DNA of 37,983 nt. Origin: an uncultured Deinococcales bacterium (GTDB lineage Bacteria; Deinococcota; Deinococci; Deinococcales; JAAFIG01). A program made the position numbers and the translations under genes. The stretch spans positions 1 to 37,983 of the forward strand of contig CAXTKV010000023.1 of assembly GCA_964244895.1 (NCBI GenBank), written 5' to 3'. Numbering within the stretch: position 1 is the stretch's first letter; the number at the start of each line of letters is the position of its first letter. Shown here piece after piece: positions 34,280-37,983 of the stretch. The notes under the pieces were generated by a model. The model was given only the letters and a program-made list of their open reading frames with translations. It made no database searches and was not told where the DNA came from.

Positions 34280-34909
34280 TTACCCGATCCGATACCGGCA
34301 GACGCTCGCGCCCTGAGAGATCTGGGATTCGCGCGCCACGTTCGTATCGAGCAACTTCGCGTACAGTTCCGTCTCGGACTGGCAGAGCTGCGCGTATTGC
34401 CGCGCGACTTCCAGCGCCGGGCAGTTGCCTTCCAGCAAGTACAGCGCACCGTCCTCGCCAATCTCGATCCGGGCTTCGTACCCGTGTTCGTTCAATACCC
34501 CGACCAGGCACTCGAGCTTCTCGAGGATGGTTCCGCCGCAGACGCGAGCTTGCCAGCTTTCCATCAATTTCGCGTTGCGCGCGGAAAGCACCTCGATGAT
34601 CGCGCCCGAACCGTAGAGCGTCTCGACGTGCTCCAGAATGTCGTGCGCCAGTTGCGCGTAACGCTTGGGGAAGGCGTGCTCGCCATCCGGGGTCAACGAA
34701 AACACGTGCTGCGGACGACCCCGCCCGGCGGGTTTCTCGACTTGCGAGTGAATCAAACCCGCCGCCTCGAGATCCATCAGGTGACGCCTCGCGGCGGGCA
34801 CGGTCACGCCCAGCGCGTCCGCCACGTCCTGCGCCGTGCCGCCCGTCCAACCGCGCAGCAGGGTCAGTACGCGACCTTTGGTCGAGTCTGTGGAGTACGA
34901 GACCATCAT
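34280..34909 (-). CDS. ArsR-type HTH regulator, SufR-like
   Basis: HTH (TAQDVADALGVTVPAARRHL), GRGRP, FPKRY, C-terminal NCP-X-LC (C-X12-C) plus a terminal Cys; follows mrp. Confidence 0.82.
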   Translation of the reverse strand: MMVSYSTDSTKGRVLTLLRGWTGGTAQDVADALGVTVPAARRHLMDLEAAGLIHSQVEKPAGRGRPQHVFSLTPDGEHAFPKRYAQLAHDILEHVETLYGSGAIIEVLSARNAKLMESWQARVCGGTILEKLECLVGVLNEHGYEARIEIGEDGALYLLEGNCPALEVARQYAQLCQSETELYAKLLDTNVARESQISQGASVCRYRIG

Positions 34910-34925
34910 GTTCGGTTCCTCGAGC

Positions 34926-35990
34926 CTACACCATCGGTAAGAGTTGCAGCGTCGTGACGCTGATCCGGCCCGCCAACGTCCGCGCGATCTCGCGCAGGGC
35001 GTGCGCTTCTGGTGTATCCGGATGCGCCAGCACGACCGGTTTGCCCGCATCGCCATCCTCGCGCACCTGCAAGCCGATCGGGATTTCACCCAGGAAGGGC
35101 ACGTTCATTTCCTCGGCTTTCCTGCGCGCGCCGCCGTGCCCGAAGATGTCGTAACGCTTGCCCGTGTCCGGCGCAACGAAGTAACTCATGTTCTCGATCA
35201 TGCCCAGCACGGGCACGCCCGCCTTCTTGAACATGTCCATCGCGCGGGCCGCGTCGATCAGAGCCACGTCCTGCGGCGTGGAAACGATCACCGCGCCCGT
35301 GATCGTGACCGTCTGGGACAGTGAAAGCTGCACATCGCCCGTGCCCGGCGGCAAGTCCACCACCAGGTAATCGAGTTCTCCCCAGGCGGCATCCTTCAGG
35401 GTCTGCTGGATGAAACTGTGCAGCATCGGGCCGCGCCAGACGGTCGCCTGACCGGGCGCGATCAAATTGGCCATCGAGATGAATTTCAGGCCGTAGCGCT
35501 CGATCGGCAGCATTTTTTTCTGATCGTCAGCGAACATCCGTTCACTGATCGCGCCCATCATGTGCGCCACGCTCGGGCCGTACACGTCAGAGTCCAACAG
35601 CCCGACCGCCGCACCATCCTGCGCCAGCGCCAGCGCCAGGTTGGTGGCGACCGTGCTTTTGCCCACGCCGCCCTTGCCCGACCCGACCACGATCACGTGC
35701 TTGACGCCCGGCAGCGCGTTCTCCATCGGTGGGCGCACCTGCGCCCCGAAGCTCACGTTGACGCCCTTCGCGCCCGGAATCTTCATGACCGCCTCGGTCA
35801 CGTCCAGTTCGATCTTGCCCTTCAACGGGCAGGCGGGCGTGGTCAGTTCCACCTTGACGTGAACCACACCGTCACTGATGCTGACCCGCTCGATCATGCC
35901 GAGCGTCACGAGGTCCTTGTGCAATTCGGGATCGTTGACCGTCCTGAGGGCGGCGGTCACGGCGGATTCAGAGAGCGACGTTCCAAACAC
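34926..35990 (-). CDS. mrp: Mrp/NBP35 (ApbC) iron-sulfur cluster carrier ATPase
   Basis: DPEL..DLV, LTTPACP, SGKGGVGKST, WRGPM, WGELDYLVVDLPPGTGD, STPQ, IENMS; TAAGCT 6 nt before GTG. Confidence 0.95.
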   Translation of the reverse strand: MFGTSLSESAVTAALRTVNDPELHKDLVTLGMIERVSISDGVVHVKVELTTPACPLKGKIELDVTEAVMKIPGAKGVNVSFGAQVRPPMENALPGVKHVIVVGSGKGGVGKSTVATNLALALAQDGAAVGLLDSDVYGPSVAHMMGAISERMFADDQKKMLPIERYGLKFISMANLIAPGQATVWRGPMLHSFIQQTLKDAAWGELDYLVVDLPPGTGDVQLSLSQTVTITGAVIVSTPQDVALIDAARAMDMFKKAGVPVLGMIENMSYFVAPDTGKRYDIFGHGGARRKAEEMNVPFLGEIPIGLQVREDGDAGKPVVLAHPDTPEAHALREIARTLAGRISVTTLQLLPMV

Positions 35991-36071
35991 GGATTGAGCT
36001 TACCGGGTTCGAGGCTGCAACGTAAGCCTCGAGTCACAAAGGCCGAGGATTATATGGGAGTCGCCCGCTCA

Positions 36072-36124
36072 GGAACACCGTCCAGCACGCAGATTAAATA
36101 CGCCTACTGGACGGTGTTCTCGAG
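36072..36124. repeat. Repeat family A, long form
   Basis: GAACACCGTCCAG-loop-CTGGACGGTGTTCTCGAG. Confidence 0.85.
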
Positions 36125-36157
36125 GGGAACAGTGATTGAACGAGCCGTCCTGCGGAC

Positions 36158-36961
36158 TCAGGTGGCAATTCTGGAGCGGTTCGCGTTGCGGGCGTAAACC
36201 AGGGCCACCCCGACCAGCGCGGCCATCAGCAGGGCGACGGCGGTGGCGATCGGGTTCTGGCCGCGCTGCACGACTGCGACCGCGATCCCGACCAGCGCCC
36301 AGATGATCGTCAGGGCGTAGGTCAGGTTGCCGCGCGTGACCACGGTCGTCAACGACGCGAGCCCACCCGCCGCCAGCAGCATGATCACCGCCCAGACGTG
36401 ATCCGGGAAGATCGCATTCCGCACGCCCAACTCGTACAGGCTCGTGGTGACGTTCGCGATGGTTCCAGCCGTGCACCACGCGGCGAAGACGCTGAGCGGC
36501 CAGACGATCATCAGATTCTCGTTCCTCGAGAGGCGCGGGCCGTACCGACCGATCTGGTAGATGGCGTAGATCAGGCTGATCAAACCGCCAAAAAAGCAGG
36601 GGATCGTGTATCGCACGGGATCGAGCAGCGTCACGACCGACCACAGCGCGATGCAAAAGAAGGCGAAGGCGGTCGCGAATCCGATGCGGCGCAACAGCGG
36701 ATTCTGGCGGTTTGCGGGCAGGGCCTGGTAGACGCCGTAGACGATCGAGGCCGGATAGATGAAGCCCCAGATGCTGAAAACGTAATCGGCGGGCAGAAAG
36801 TACGGTTCAGCTTTGGTCTGATCGTAGAACAGGCTATTGCCGAATTGCCCGGAAAAGATCAGGATGGCGGCCAGCATCTGAGCGATGGACAGGCTCAGGT
36901 TCAGACCCTGGCGGATTCGGTCGGTGGTGGTCTGTGCGGTCTCGAGCGTCTGTGCGTTCAT
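36158..36961 (-). CDS. Multi-pass membrane protein, TspO-like tryptophan-rich family
   Basis: 7-8 hydrophobic helices, PADYVFSIWGFIY, SVFAAW...AN, IIWALVGIA; GGAGG SD before ATG 36961. Confidence 0.7.
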   Translation of the reverse strand: MNAQTLETAQTTTDRIRQGLNLSLSIAQMLAAILIFSGQFGNSLFYDQTKAEPYFLPADYVFSIWGFIYPASIVYGVYQALPANRQNPLLRRIGFATAFAFFCIALWSVVTLLDPVRYTIPCFFGGLISLIYAIYQIGRYGPRLSRNENLMIVWPLSVFAAWCTAGTIANVTTSLYELGVRNAIFPDHVWAVIMLLAAGGLASLTTVVTRGNLTYALTIIWALVGIAVAVVQRGQNPIATAVALLMAALVGVALVYARNANRSRIAT

Positions 36962-37070
36962 GGGCCTCCAATAAATCAACCATTCGGTAGATAAGTTAAT
37001 TTAGGCTGCGCCCGAGGCGCAACGCTGTTCAGCAGCACACAATTGCTCGAGCCACCAAAGGGGAACCGCC

Positions 37071-37694
37071 TTGCCCAACACCAGACGCGTCGGACGACCG
37101 AGAACCGACACCAGCGCACCCGACACCCGCACGCGCATCCTCGAGATCACGGAGCAACTGCTGGACCGCAACGGCTTCGCTGGAACATCCATGGAAGCCC
37201 TCAGCGCGGCGGCGGGCATCACCAAAGGTACGCTCTACCACCACTTCGGTTCCAAAGACGAGTTGATCACCATCATGCTGAACGGCGTTCTCGACCGGGA
37301 GCGCGAGATCACGCGCGAGGCCCTGGCGGGCGCGCACAGCGCCCGCGCGCAACTCGAGGCGATGGCCCGACTGGGCTTCTCGCGGCAGCAGCACACGCAA
37401 CGCATCATGGCGATGGTGGCGGACGCCCAACGCTTCCTGCCCGCAGCTTCGTGGCAGGGTTTGTTCTCGCGGTTCATGTCCGAAGCCCACGCCCCGCTCG
37501 AGGACATCATGAAATTCGGCATCGAACGCGGCGAATTTGAACCCCACGACACGGGCTTCTCGGCCTGGGCCTTCATGGGGCTGTTGTCCCAACTCTCCGA
37601 GCCGCAGATCAGCCAGACCAAACCGGACATGGCGCGCGAAATGGTGGACTTCGTGATTCACGGCATCGGTCAGAAATCCCGTCAGAAACGCTGA
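37071..37694 (+). CDS. TetR/AcrR family transcriptional regulator
   Basis: GFAGTSMEALSAAAGITKGTLYHHFGSKDEL HTH; TTG start after AAAGGGG; divergent from the membrane protein. Confidence 0.92.
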   Translation: MPNTRRVGRPRTDTSAPDTRTRILEITEQLLDRNGFAGTSMEALSAAAGITKGTLYHHFGSKDELITIMLNGVLDREREITREALAGAHSARAQLEAMARLGFSRQQHTQRIMAMVADAQRFLPAASWQGLFSRFMSEAHAPLEDIMKFGIERGEFEPHDTGFSAWAFMGLLSQLSEPQISQTKPDMAREMVDFVIHGIGQKSRQKR

Positions 37695-37765
37695 ACGTTC
37701 CGCACGTTCACCCGGAGCTTCGTCTCGAGCGTGCGGCCCGATGCTGCTAACCGATTCGGGGCCAC

Positions 37766-37812
37766 GAACACCGTCCGGCGCGCACTTCAAAATTCTCGTG
37801 CTGGACGGTCTC
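37766..37812. repeat. Repeat family A, long form
   Basis: GAACACCGTCCGGCGCG-loop-CGTGCTGGACGGTCTC. Confidence 0.8.
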
Positions 37813-37983
37813 TTGAGCGCAACCTCGGATAGCGCGGGTCAGCCTTTCAAACCGAAACGCAATTGAATCTTCGAGGGTACAATCCTCGAGGCTCGCCGCA
37901 CTCTATCTTGGATAACGCTCGAGCCGATCAGACGGCTTGAAGGAGCGACTGCCGGCAGCGCCTACCCCGAAACCCACCCCGGA

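Noticed and set aside
4600..37812. Family A repeats as a CRISPR array
   Set aside because: Copies are dispersed one per intergenic gap, are inverted rather than tandem direct repeats, have no regular spacers, and no cas genes are present.

Overview
GC-rich chromosomal window, most consistent with Deinococcota: FtsZ begins MQAA-, many genes look leaderless (TANNNT 6-8 nt before the start codon), and DUF11 and DUF4397 surface proteins are present. It holds the end of the dcw cluster (murC 3' part, murB, ftsQ, ftsA, ftsZ), nudix-ribF, xylB, a trpC-like gene, a cold-shock gene, a stand-alone molybdo-hydroxylase large subunit, ispG/ispF, ppk1/ppx/sixA, a two-component pair, a DUF692 (MNIO) gene with GNAT, SufR-like and Mrp neighbours, and a TetR gene. 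Almost every intergenic gap carries one palindromic repeat family (AACACCGTCC...GGACGGTGTT, about 23 copies), and CTCGAG is strongly over-represented. The most notable item is an AT-rich cassette at 25.4-25.8 kb that the ORF track misses. It contains three SD-led micro-ORFs sharing a Gly-Trp-Ala motif (MKNNGWATGG, a 45-aa peptide ending VWAGGWAH, MKTYGWAAGNGGG) and a terminator. It sits directly upstream of a TPR-repeat HD-GYP phosphodiesterase whose N-terminal TPR region is AT-rich like the cassette. This is a candidate peptide-controlled cyclic-dinucleotide signalling module; that function is inferred, not tested. All family calls come from recognising motifs by eye; no searches were run.
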